From an uncultured Verrucomicrobiota bacterium (GTDB lineage: Bacteria; Verrucomicrobiota; Kiritimatiellia; RZYC01): DNA of 64,000 nt. Both the position numbers and the translations under genes were made by a program. The DNA is taken from assembly GCA_964542025.1 (NCBI GenBank), contig CAZISY010000002.1, forward strand, positions 28,952 to 92,951. Reading direction: 5' to 3'. Positions within the stretch are counted from its first letter, which is position 1. Each line of letters opens with the position of its first letter. Under the pieces are notes generated by a model, which ran no database searches, was not told where the DNA came from, and was given only the letters and a program-made list of their open reading frames with translations. Positions 50,502 through 59,535 of this stretch are shown piece by piece.

Positions 50502-52499
50502 ATGTCCAGCGAAGAAACGATCCGACTGCTGATGGTTGATGATGAGCCGGACGTGACGGAATCACTCTGCTACATGCTGCGCAAGCAACCGTATGAAGTC
50601 CAGACGGCTAATCACGCGCATGAGGCTCTGGATATTGCCCGTCGCTATAATGTGGATGTGATGATCACGGATATCCGTATGCCGGATATGGATGGGTTGG
50701 AGCTGCTTCGGGAAATTCGTAAAATTAACCCGGATACGATGGTCATTGCTATATCGGCGCACAGCAATCTCGACACCGCCGTGGAATTCATGAAAGAAGG
50801 CGGGGTGGATTTTTTGCAAAAACCCGTCAGCAATGAAACCCTTCGCTTGGCGATACGGTCAGCCATTGAGAAATGGCGGTTGCGGCGTGATTTGCGCCTA
50901 ACTAATATTGAATTAAGAAAAGCGAAAGAGGTGGCCGAGTCGGCGGTTCGGGTTCGATCTGAATTTTTGGCGAATATGAGCCACGAAATACGGACACCGA
51001 TGAATGCCGTGGTGGGGTTGGCGCACCTGTTGGCCGATTCGCGACTGACTGAAGAACAGCGGGATTATGTGCGCACTATTCAAATGAGCGGCGAAGTGCT
51101 TTTGGACATCATAAACAATATTTTGAGCATGTCCAAAATCGAATCCGGAAGGCTGGAGCTTGAATCCATACCTTTTGATTTGCGCGTTTGTGCTGAATCG
51201 GCGCTGAATATGATTGCTCCAAAGGCTGTGGAGAAGGGGTTGGAGTTGATTTACGATGTGGACCCGGCAGTTCCGTTTACGGTGATTGGTGATCCCGGCC
51301 GTGTGCGGCAAATCATGGTCAATCTGCTGAACAATGCCGTAAAGTTCACGGAACAGGGCGAAATCATTCTTTCCATTCGTCCCGGCATTCGGAATGGAGG
51401 TCGCAGCACAATTCATGTCGCCGTAACGGATACCGGGATCGGCGTTGATCCGAAAAAAATAGATCGTATTTTTGACCCCTTCAAGCAGGCCGACTCGTCG
51501 ACCACGCGTAAATTCGGCGGCACAGGGCTTGGCCTGTCCATTTGCAAGGAGCTTTGTGCCATGATGGGAGGGGCGCTGAGCGTGGAAAGCACCGAGGGAG
51601 CGGGCTCGCACTTTCATTTTCACATCGAAGTGCGCCTGCCTGCAGAAGAACATATTCCGCCGGTATTTCAGATTTCGGTGGCAGACCGTGCCGTACTGCT
51701 GAGCATCGGAAATCGTTCATTATATGAAGTGATTTCGCGGGTGCTTGGGAAGTGGGGAATGCGGGTAATCAGCTGCTGCAGTCAGGATGAATTGGCCTGT
51801 TTATCCCCGGGTGATGCAGCGATTTCAGGCGGGGTATGCGTGGTGGACAACACAATGGTTGAACGAATTCCCCGCTGGCTTGATCAGCTGCGAACCTTGT
51901 GCGAAGGTACACAGATTCCACTTGTCTACCTGACCACGATCGGTACGGAAAAAGTCGGCGAAAACGTAGATGCCTGGCTGGCCAAGCCCGTTCGCTTGTG
52001 GAAACTGCGAGAAACCATGGTTCGCTTGTTGTTCGGTGAGCAGGCATCTGCCGAAATGGAAGGTACTCGGGATCAGGGGCATGGCGTGTTGGATATACCG
52101 ATTACCATTCTGCTCGCCGAGGATAATCTGGTGAACCAGAAAGTCGCTTTGAAAATGCTGGCCAAAGTGGGGTTGACGGCTGATGTGGTGGCAAACGGTC
52201 AGGACGCTGTTCAACGGATTCGTGAGAAGAAATACGACCTGATCCTGATGGACATTCAAATGCCGGGCAAAGACGGATTGGAAGCCACGGTCGAGATTCG
52301 AAAAGATGGGAATGCCGCTTATATTGCCGGGATGACTGCCCATGTGCTTCCGGAAGATCGAAACCGTTGTATTACGGCGGGCATGGATGACTATATTCCA
52401 AAACCCATTAAACCCGCCTTGTTATATGAAACAATTCGAAGGGCGCAAAAGATCATTCAACGGCGGCGGCAGACGACAACGCCGCTTAACGCGGAGTGA
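50502..52499 (+). CDS. Hybrid REC-HisKA-HATPase-(linker domain)-REC protein, paralog of the upstream gene (ORF is open from 50475)
   Basis: The N-terminal REC is about 55% identical to that of the preceding gene. HisKA ANMSHEIRTPMNAVVGLAHLL, HATPase GTGLGLSICKEL, an inserted ~130-aa region, and a C-terminal REC (ILLAEDNLVNQ...LMDIQMPGKDG). Confidence 0.8.
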   Translation: MSSEETIRLLMVDDEPDVTESLCYMLRKQPYEVQTANHAHEALDIARRYNVDVMITDIRMPDMDGLELLREIRKINPDTMVIAISAHSNLDTAVEFMKEGGVDFLQKPVSNETLRLAIRSAIEKWRLRRDLRLTNIELRKAKEVAESAVRVRSEFLANMSHEIRTPMNAVVGLAHLLADSRLTEEQRDYVRTIQMSGEVLLDIINNILSMSKIESGRLELESIPFDLRVCAESALNMIAPKAVEKGLELIYDVDPAVPFTVIGDPGRVRQIMVNLLNNAVKFTEQGEIILSIRPGIRNGGRSTIHVAVTDTGIGVDPKKIDRIFDPFKQADSSTTRKFGGTGLGLSICKELCAMMGGALSVESTEGAGSHFHFHIEVRLPAEEHIPPVFQISVADRAVLLSIGNRSLYEVISRVLGKWGMRVISCCSQDELACLSPGDAAISGGVCVVDNTMVERIPRWLDQLRTLCEGTQIPLVYLTTIGTEKVGENVDAWLAKPVRLWKLRETMVRLLFGEQASAEMEGTRDQGHGVLDIPITILLAEDNLVNQKVALKMLAKVGLTADVVANGQDAVQRIREKKYDLILMDIQMPGKDGLEATVEIRKDGNAAYIAGMTAHVLPEDRNRCITAGMDDYIPKPIKPALLYETIRRAQKIIQRRRQTTTPLNAE

Positions 52500-52521
52500 G
52501 CGGCCGCAGAGGTCCCCGGTA

Positions 52522-53604
52522 TCATTCTTTACGGATAAGGGACAACGCCTTCGGAAGATCCAGAACGCGAACGTTCCCATACATCTTTTTCACCAGTTTG
52601 ATCTTTCGTGGCTCACCGCCCGGTGTGTCCAGAATCAGGATCGTAGGGAGCGTGGAAATATCGTATTTACCGGACAATGCGGCTTCCTGTTTTCCGGCTT
52701 CGGGATTGATGCTGACCTTGATGATGTCTTTCGAGGCGTTAATAAAGTCTGTGGTGAACAGGAGATCGTTGGAGAGCTTTTCGCAATCATTATTCCAGGA
52801 CGCATTGAAATAGAGCAGTACCCGGTTCCTCGTTGAACGCTGAAGGCTCAATGCTTCTTTGTATCCCTCGTCGTTTTTCAGCCATTCGTTGGCGGAGGAA
52901 TCGTTGGCTGAAGGAGAGGTGGAGGTTGGGGTGGCGGGTTGAGATGGCGTTTGCAGATCGGTATTTCGGCATAATGCGCGAATTTCGCGGGACTCGGTGG
53001 CATATAGGACGTGGCTGAAAGCGGGAGGTCCGTTGCTCAAAACCAGCAACTCAACTCCTTTGGGGAAATAACCGATGAGCCGATGAACGGCATAGGCATC
53101 GTAGGCCGGAATGCGTTGAAGTGTTGTGATTCGGCGAGTATCGGGAGGAAGCGGTGTGGGCGTGGGTCCGGGGGACGGTGTGGGCGTGGGTTCGGCATAA
53201 ACGACAACCGTTGGAGTCGGTTCGGGAGTGGCGAGGAACGCGGGATCAATAAACGATTTATGAATCAGCGCCTGTTTTTTTGTGCCGGAGGCCGTATCAA
53301 AGGTGATGGTCAGCAGTTGCTCCGTTTCGCTGCTCTTCAAAATGGAAACGGAAATGAACGCAGGCAGAGAGCCCTCCGGTTCTTCTAAATTGTCGGGGCT
53401 GTAATAGGGTGTCTCGCGGGTAGTCATTGCTGTAATCGGCACGGCCAGTGCGGAATGGGCAATGACTAAAAATGTTGCAATGACGGCGATGGAGAAGATA
53501 TACGGCCTTGAAATCATGTGCTGAGTGTAGTCAGCGAATCGGATTTTGTACAGTTCAAAGCCGGAGAACGCGCTGGCAGCTCGCGTCTTTCTAATGACAC
53601 GCAT
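52522..53604 (-). CDS. Hypothetical membrane-anchored protein with Pro/Thr-rich linkers and a C-terminal thioredoxin-like fold lacking a CxxC motif
   Basis: An internal Met at 53514 precedes a hydrophobic anchor (YIFSIAVIATFLVIAHSALA). Two PT-rich linkers (EPTPTVVVYAEPTPTPSPGPTPTPLPP; TPSQPATPTSTSPS). The C-terminus (LLYFNASWNNDCEKL...TLPTILIL) resembles a thioredoxin fold with a single Cys. Confidence 0.5.
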   Translation of the reverse strand: MRVIRKTRAASAFSGFELYKIRFADYTQHMISRPYIFSIAVIATFLVIAHSALAVPITAMTTRETPYYSPDNLEEPEGSLPAFISVSILKSSETEQLLTITFDTASGTKKQALIHKSFIDPAFLATPEPTPTVVVYAEPTPTPSPGPTPTPLPPDTRRITTLQRIPAYDAYAVHRLIGYFPKGVELLVLSNGPPAFSHVLYATESREIRALCRNTDLQTPSQPATPTSTSPSANDSSANEWLKNDEGYKEALSLQRSTRNRVLLYFNASWNNDCEKLSNDLLFTTDFINASKDIIKVSINPEAGKQEAALSGKYDISTLPTILILDTPGGEPRKIKLVKKMYGNVRVLDLPKALSLIRKE

Positions 53605-53766
53605 AGAAATCCGGCGCGAGGATTATTTCTTTTTTTCTGGCTCACTGCCGCAAATGGGCGTACATCCTCCGCGTTTTCGGATACCTCCGGAGTTTCCACT
53701 GACGGCTAAAGCTCATTTACGCGTTCGGCGGAGAGAGAATTCCGGTGTTCAGAAAGGATATGTCTT

Positions 53767-54687
53767 ATGAATTTACTCAAGTGCCTGTCATCAGCGCAAA
53801 TACTGCTACAGGTTGACGTGACCGATCAGAATGATCTTTTCAGGCGCATGGTGCAGGTCATTGCGACTGCTGACTATTTGCAGAAAAATCCACGGGTAAC
53901 CGCGGAGAGCATATATCAGGCGGTTCTTGCCCGTGAAGCCCAGCGCAGCACCGCCATTGGTTGCGGGATGGCCCTTCCGCATGCCCGAATGGATGACGTG
54001 GAAACGCTGGGTCTGGCCATAGCCACACTGAAAAATCCCATGTCGTTTTCGTCTGATTCAGATCCCGTACAATTGGTGTTCATGGTGATTACGCCGTCGG
54101 GCAAGCCGACGATATCTTTGCAGGTGATGTCGGGCATGCTTCGTTGTTTTTCCGGCGATGTTTTGCGAACGTCATTCTGTTCGCTGCAAAATTCCGAGTT
54201 TGCCTACCAGCATTTGTGCGGACTGAATCTGCGGATTGATACCCCGATTTGCGCGCGCGACATCATGCGGCAACCCGGGAACTTCGTGCATCCGGACACC
54301 TCACTCAAAGAAGTCGCCCGTCTGATGTTTGAAAAACAGCTGGATGTGCTACCGGTTCTGGATGCTGAAAAACGACTGGTCGGGGAGATAACAACGAACC
54401 GTCTTTTTCGGTTCGGCCTGCCGGAATTTTTCCAAAAACTGCAAAGCGTTTCCTTCATTGCCGAGTTCGATCCGTTTGAAAAATACTTTGCGGCGGAGGC
54501 TCATTCCAAAGCCAGCGATCTGATGTCTAAAGAGTTTGGGGCTGTTGCGCCGGATCATACGATGCTCGAAGTAGTGTTTGATTTGGCGGTGAAGCGGTAT
54601 CCGCAATTGTACATCATCGATGAAGATCAGCGCTGGATCGGCACCATTGAACGCAGCACCGTTCTGGATAAAGTTATCAATTTTTAG
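53767..54687 (+). CDS. PTS EIIA type-2 (PtsN/EIIA-Ntr-like) domain fused to a CBS-domain pair
   Basis: The N-terminal ~150 aa match the EIIA-2 fold with the phosphorylatable His context (GCGMALPHARMDDV). The C-terminal ~150 aa have two CBS motifs (ARDIMRQ...VLPVLD; DLMSKEF...QLYIIDED). Confidence 0.7.
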   Translation: MNLLKCLSSAQILLQVDVTDQNDLFRRMVQVIATADYLQKNPRVTAESIYQAVLAREAQRSTAIGCGMALPHARMDDVETLGLAIATLKNPMSFSSDSDPVQLVFMVITPSGKPTISLQVMSGMLRCFSGDVLRTSFCSLQNSEFAYQHLCGLNLRIDTPICARDIMRQPGNFVHPDTSLKEVARLMFEKQLDVLPVLDAEKRLVGEITTNRLFRFGLPEFFQKLQSVSFIAEFDPFEKYFAAEAHSKASDLMSKEFGAVAPDHTMLEVVFDLAVKRYPQLYIIDEDQRWIGTIERSTVLDKVINF

Positions 54688-54695
54688 GAGACGTC

Positions 54696-56003
54696 ATGAC
54701 CGGATGTATCATTATTTTTCTGATAGCCTACCTGTTCATTGCCACTGAATGGGTGGATAAAACCATCGCAGCGCTGCTCGGCGCGGGCGCCGTCATCATG
54801 CTGCATTACATTCCTTATGCTGATGCGCTTCAAAAGGTGGACCTCAACGTCATATTCCTGCTGATCGGCATGATGATGATTGTCAACATCCTGACGGGTA
54901 CAGGCGTATTTGAGTGGATATCCATTAAGCTGGCACGATGGGCACGCGGAAACGGGATTGTCATTATGTTGCTGCTCCTGTTGACCACGGCCGTCATTTC
55001 GGCCTTTCTGGACAACGTGACCACCGTGATCCTGATTGCTCCAATCACGATCCTGCTTTCACAGATTCTGGAAATTCCCGCCGTGCCGATTCTGATTATG
55101 GAGGCCGTGTTTTCAAATATCGGCGGCACCGCGACGCTGATTGGCGATCCGCCCAATATCCTGATTGGTTCAAAAACCACCTTGGATTTCAATGACTTTC
55201 TCTTCAATCTTTCGCCGATCATTCTGGTCATAATTGCCGTTTCTCTGGCGCTGATCTTTGTGCTTTTCCGCGTAAAAACAAAAACTCAGGAATCGGCGCG
55301 CGCCCGTATTTTGCGATCCCACCCGGAAGCCGCGATTCTGCAGCCGGTGGTATTACGGCGTGCTTTGATCGTGTTTGCCCTGGTGTTGCTGGGTTTTTTC
55401 CTGGGACGTCCGCTGGAGATTGAGCCGGGAATTGTGGCCTTGGTTGGCGCATTGGTAATGGTGTTGGTGTGTCGCGTGGAGCTGCATAAAATCATGGCCG
55501 TCGTGGAGTGGAATACCATTTTATTTTTTGTCGGGCTTTTCATGCTGATTGGAGCTCTGGAATACAATGGCGTGTTTGAGCATATGGGCACGTTCATGCT
55601 GGAAATGAGCGGGGGAAGCCTCCTGATGACGGCGATGGTGATCCTTTGGTTCAGTGCGATAGCGTCAGCCATCGTGGACAACATCCCCCTGGTCATGGCC
55701 ATGATTCCTCTCGTTAAGGGAATTGTTCCAATTTTTGCATCGCAAATGGGCATCGCCGGATCGGAGGATCTTGTTCATGTTCAGATTGAGGCTCCGCTGT
55801 ACTGGGCGCTGGCCCTGGGGGCCTGTCTGGGAGGCAACGGAAGTCTGGTGGGGGCGTCCGCCAACGTGGTGATTTCGCAAATTGCTAAACGCAACAACTG
55901 CGCCTTTTCGTTCTGGGGCTTCACCCGATATGGACTGCCTTTCATGCTGCTGAGCCTGGTCTTCTGCACGGTTTATATCTATCTCCGCTATTTCATGGGG
56001 TAG
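54696..56003 (+). CDS. ArsB/NhaD-family (ion transporter superfamily) permease
   Basis: 435 aa with about 12 TM helices and inverted-repeat topology. The FLDNVTTV and AIVDNIPLV motifs are typical of the ArsB/NhaD/citrate-transporter clan. Confidence 0.7.
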   Translation: MTGCIIIFLIAYLFIATEWVDKTIAALLGAGAVIMLHYIPYADALQKVDLNVIFLLIGMMMIVNILTGTGVFEWISIKLARWARGNGIVIMLLLLLTTAVISAFLDNVTTVILIAPITILLSQILEIPAVPILIMEAVFSNIGGTATLIGDPPNILIGSKTTLDFNDFLFNLSPIILVIIAVSLALIFVLFRVKTKTQESARARILRSHPEAAILQPVVLRRALIVFALVLLGFFLGRPLEIEPGIVALVGALVMVLVCRVELHKIMAVVEWNTILFFVGLFMLIGALEYNGVFEHMGTFMLEMSGGSLLMTAMVILWFSAIASAIVDNIPLVMAMIPLVKGIVPIFASQMGIAGSEDLVHVQIEAPLYWALALGACLGGNGSLVGASANVVISQIAKRNNCAFSFWGFTRYGLPFMLLSLVFCTVYIYLRYFMG

Positions 56004-56072
56004 TTTGAGCGGGGGCGGAGCGGGCGGCAAATAGACTTTGACAAGCACGGAAATATCGGCGCTTATAACGCC

Positions 56073-56348
56073 ATGAAGATGACGCGTGAGCGGAATGCCT
56101 GGATAGGGCTGATCGTTTTGCTGGCTTCCTGCATATTCCTATTCCGTCAGGAACAAGCCGTTTATGACCGGTGGGAGGTGCAGGAACACGCCGGCACTGC
56201 GGCCCACTCCGGCTATGCGGACCCCGATCTGGCCCTGTGGCAACCGGAAGAATCACACTCCTCCGTGTCGAACACTGCGGGCACTAATCACTCCAGGCGG
56301 CTCCCTCTTTCTGAGGGAAGCGGCGCTGCGGGACATTCTTATCCATAA
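56073..56348 (+). CDS. Hypothetical small membrane protein (speculative)
   Basis: 91-aa ORF with one TM helix (AWIGLIVLLASCIFLF). A near-consensus sigma70-like promoter (TTGACA, about 19 bp, TTATAA) lies about 25 bp upstream. No homology is recognised. Confidence 0.3.
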   Translation: MKMTRERNAWIGLIVLLASCIFLFRQEQAVYDRWEVQEHAGTAAHSGYADPDLALWQPEESHSSVSNTAGTNHSRRLPLSEGSGAAGHSYP

Positions 56349-56461
56349 GAACAGGCGGCAGACGTCTTTGAATGCGCTTTCCGAAGGTTTTTTACAGACA
56401 CCTGATTGGCGAAAGTGTAGAAAACGTCCGTTTTTTAATCTATGAAACAAGGATGCTAATC

Positions 56462-57571
56462 ATGCAGATCGAAAACCCCTGGATTGCGGATTTGGGATTG
56501 TACGAACCGGGAAAACCCATTGAGGAAGTGGCGCGAGAGCTGGGCTTTGACAGTGTGGATGACATATGCAAGCTGGCCTCCAACGAAAACTCACTGGGGC
56601 CGTCTCCGCTGGCGATAAAAGCCATTAAGCATGCGGCGGAAAAAATGCACTACTATCCGGATGGCGGGTCGCACTATCTCCGGGAAAAGCTGGCGGAGCT
56701 GCTGCATGTGCAATCAGATGAAATCATTGTGGGCAATGGAAGCAATGAACTGCTCGAAATGGTGGCGACAGTATATTTGAGTCCGGGCAAAAACATTGTG
56801 ATGGCGGATCGGGCATTTGTCGTGTACCGGCTGGTTGCGCCCGCACGGCAGGCTCAGGCCATCGCCGTACCGATGAAGGATTATCGGCACGACCTGGATG
56901 CCATGCTGGCCGCCATCAACGAAAACACGCGCATTGTGTTTGTGGCGAATCCGAACAATCCCACAGGTACGATCGTAAGCCCCGGGGAAATTGATGCGTT
57001 TATGCAGCGTGTGCCGGATCATGTGGCCGTCGTTTTCGATGAGGCGTACATTGAACTGATGGATCCGGCGGACCGGCCGGATCTGATTCGATACGCGCGC
57101 GCGCGTCCCCATGTGTATGTGCTGCGGACGTTTTCAAAGGCGTATGGTTTGGCCGGGCTGCGGGTGGGTTATGGAATTGCAGGGAAGCGCGAAATTGCAT
57201 TGCTTCACCGGGTGCGTCAGCCATTTAATGTCAATGCGATGGGGCAGATTGCTGCTTTGGCGGCGCTGGATGATCATGAGCATGTGGAGCGGACTCGGCT
57301 GATGGTGAAAGACGGGCTTGCGTTTCTGGAGGCATCGTTTGCGCAGATGGGGCTGACCTATGTGCCGTCGCGGGTCAATTTCATGCTGGTCCGTGTGGGC
57401 GAAGGGCGGCGTGTGTTTGAGGCGTTGCAGCGCAAAAAGGTGATTGTACGTCCGGTGTCCAACTATAACATGCCGGAATGGATACGGGTAACCGTGGGTA
57501 CGGCGCATGAAAACAAGAAACTGATTCACGCCATGAAAGAACTGATGGAAGAAGGGATCATACAGTCATGA
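56462..57571 (+). CDS. hisC: Histidinol-phosphate/aromatic aminotransferase (class II PLP aminotransferase)
   Basis: 369 aa with HisC-family motifs (YPDGG, NPNNPTG, RTFSKAYGLAGLRVGY carrying the PLP Lys). Confidence 0.8.
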   Translation: MQIENPWIADLGLYEPGKPIEEVARELGFDSVDDICKLASNENSLGPSPLAIKAIKHAAEKMHYYPDGGSHYLREKLAELLHVQSDEIIVGNGSNELLEMVATVYLSPGKNIVMADRAFVVYRLVAPARQAQAIAVPMKDYRHDLDAMLAAINENTRIVFVANPNNPTGTIVSPGEIDAFMQRVPDHVAVVFDEAYIELMDPADRPDLIRYARARPHVYVLRTFSKAYGLAGLRVGYGIAGKREIALLHRVRQPFNVNAMGQIAALAALDDHEHVERTRLMVKDGLAFLEASFAQMGLTYVPSRVNFMLVRVGEGRRVFEALQRKKVIVRPVSNYNMPEWIRVTVGTAHENKKLIHAMKELMEEGIIQS

Positions 57572-58599
57572 TCATCGTATTGAAACGGGATGCAACGGAC
57601 GCACAGATTCAGCACATCGTTGATAAAATTCGCGAATGGGGGCTGCTTCCCAATCTGAGTCGCGGCGAGGAACGCACCATTATCGGGGTAATAGGCGATG
57701 AATCCATTCTGCGGGTGAAGCCGGTGGATGTGTTCCCGGGTGTGGAATACACCATGAACGTCCTGAAACCCTACAAGCTGGCCAATGCGGCTTTCCATCC
57801 CGAACGAACAATCATCGAGCTGCCCTCGATCAATGGAAAACCGCCTGTGCGGATCGGTGGCAGGCAGCTGGTGGTGATGGCCGGGCCCTGCGCTGTGGAA
57901 AGCAGGGAATGCCTTATGGAGGTGGCGCAATACGTAAAAGAAGCCGGTGCCACCGTATTGCGCGCCGGAGCCTTCAAGCCGCGTACGTCTCCGTATGCCT
58001 TTCAGGGCATGGGCGTGAAGGGATTGGCCATCCTGGTGGAAGCCCGGGAAAAATTCGGTCTGCACATTGTGACGGAGGTCATGGATACGCGCGATGTGGA
58101 GATGGTGGCGGAAATGTGCGACATCATCCAGATCGGCGCGCGAAATATGCAGAATTTCAATCTGCTCAAGGTGGTGGGACGCACCGATAAGCCCGTCATG
58201 ATCAAACGCGGTCTTTCCAGCACGGTGCAGGAGCTGCTGATGAGTGCGGAGTATGTGATGAGCCAGGGAAACCATAAAGTGATTCTCTGTGAACGGGGCA
58301 TCCGCACCTTTGAACCCATGACGCGAAACACCCTGGATTTGAGCGCGGTTCCGGTTTTGAACCGGGAAAGTCATTTGCCGGTGATCGTGGATCCGAGCCA
58401 CGGTACGGGACATTGGGATCTGGTGAAGCCGATGGCGTGCGCCTCGGTGGCGGCGGGCGCCGATGGCGTGATCGTGGAAGTGCATCCGCGTCCGGAAGAG
58501 GCGTTCTCGGATGGATCGCAATCTCTACTGCCCAAAACGTTTCGAAGCATGATGGAACAGATGAGGGCGATTGCCGGAGCAGTGGGCAAAACAATTTGA
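57568..58599 (+). CDS. aroF: 3-deoxy-7-phosphoheptulonate synthase, type I-beta, with an N-terminal ferredoxin-like regulatory domain
   Basis: 343 aa. N-terminal ~70-aa ACT/FL-like domain ([23 protein letters not shown]), then a KDO8PS-like TIM barrel ([20 protein letters not shown], the KRG motif). Layout matches Thermotoga-type DAH7PS. Confidence 0.85.
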   Translation: MIIVLKRDATDAQIQHIVDKIREWGLLPNLSRGEERTIIGVIGDESILRVKPVDVFPGVEYTMNVLKPYKLANAAFHPERTIIELPSINGKPPVRIGGRQLVVMAGPCAVESRECLMEVAQYVKEAGATVLRAGAFKPRTSPYAFQGMGVKGLAILVEAREKFGLHIVTEVMDTRDVEMVAEMCDIIQIGARNMQNFNLLKVVGRTDKPVMIKRGLSSTVQELLMSAEYVMSQGNHKVILCERGIRTFEPMTRNTLDLSAVPVLNRESHLPVIVDPSHGTGHWDLVKPMACASVAAGADGVIVEVHPRPEEAFSDGSQSLLPKTFRSMMEQMRAIAGAVGKTI

Positions 58600-58632
58600 T
58601 GCCGCCTTGGGCGCACACGGGAAGATGGTAAT

Positions 58633-59535
58633 ATGGCGATGGAAGGTGTGCGGAAAATAGCAGTTCTCGGCCTCGGCCTCATGGGCGGGTCACTTTGCCT
58701 GGCGCTGAAAAAGAGCGGATGGGCCGGCACTCTGGCGGGGTACGCCCGGCGGCAGGAAACCATCCGCTATGCAATGGAACACGGGCTGTGCGATGAGGCG
58801 GGAAACTCGTTGCCCGAGGCTGTGGATCAGGCGGATTTGCTGGTGGCTTGCGTGCCGGTGCTTTCCATGCCTGATTTGGCGCGTGAGGTTCGGGACAACC
58901 TGAAGCGCGGCGGCGTATTGACCGATGTCGGAAGTACCAAAGCACTTTTACAAAAACAAATGGAAGACCTGTTGCAGGGAACGGGAATGAGTTTTGTGGG
59001 AAGTCATCCGATTGCAGGTGCAGAGAAAAGCGGAGTGACCGCCGCCGTGGAGAATCTTTACAACGGAGCCGTGTGTGTGCTGACGCGGACCGATCATACT
59101 GAAAGCCGGGCGCTGGAACAGGTTCGTGCGCTGTGGGAACAGGTGGGCTGCCGTATTACGGTCATGACCCCGGAAGCACATGACCGCGCCCTGGCCCGGA
59201 CGAGTCATTTGCCGCATTTGCTGTCTTCCGTGCTGGCTGCCACTGTCCTGCGCGAATCTGCAGAAGCCGTATCCGGGGAGTTGTGCGGGCCGGGGTATCG
59301 GGACATGACGCGCCTGGCCTGCGGTTCTCCGGCCATGTGGAAAGATATTTTTGAAAGCAATCGGGAGAATATGCAACTGGAGATCGAAGCGGTGCAGTTG
59401 GCATTGACAAAATTTAATCAGATGCTGGAATGCGGCGATATGAATGGGGTGGAGCGCTATCTGACCATGGCCGCAGCGTATCGGCATGCGCTGATGAATG
59501 GTCGGAACGCAGAGCGCGGGGTGTGGGATGAATAG
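58633..59535 (+). CDS. tyrA: Prephenate/arogenate dehydrogenase
   Basis: N-terminal Rossmann fold ([13 protein letters not shown]), a catalytic His context (GSHPIAG) and a C-terminal dimerisation domain. 300 aa. Confidence 0.8.
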   Translation: MAMEGVRKIAVLGLGLMGGSLCLALKKSGWAGTLAGYARRQETIRYAMEHGLCDEAGNSLPEAVDQADLLVACVPVLSMPDLAREVRDNLKRGGVLTDVGSTKALLQKQMEDLLQGTGMSFVGSHPIAGAEKSGVTAAVENLYNGAVCVLTRTDHTESRALEQVRALWEQVGCRITVMTPEAHDRALARTSHLPHLLSSVLAATVLRESAEAVSGELCGPGYRDMTRLACGSPAMWKDIFESNRENMQLEIEAVQLALTKFNQMLECGDMNGVERYLTMAAAYRHALMNGRNAERGVWDE

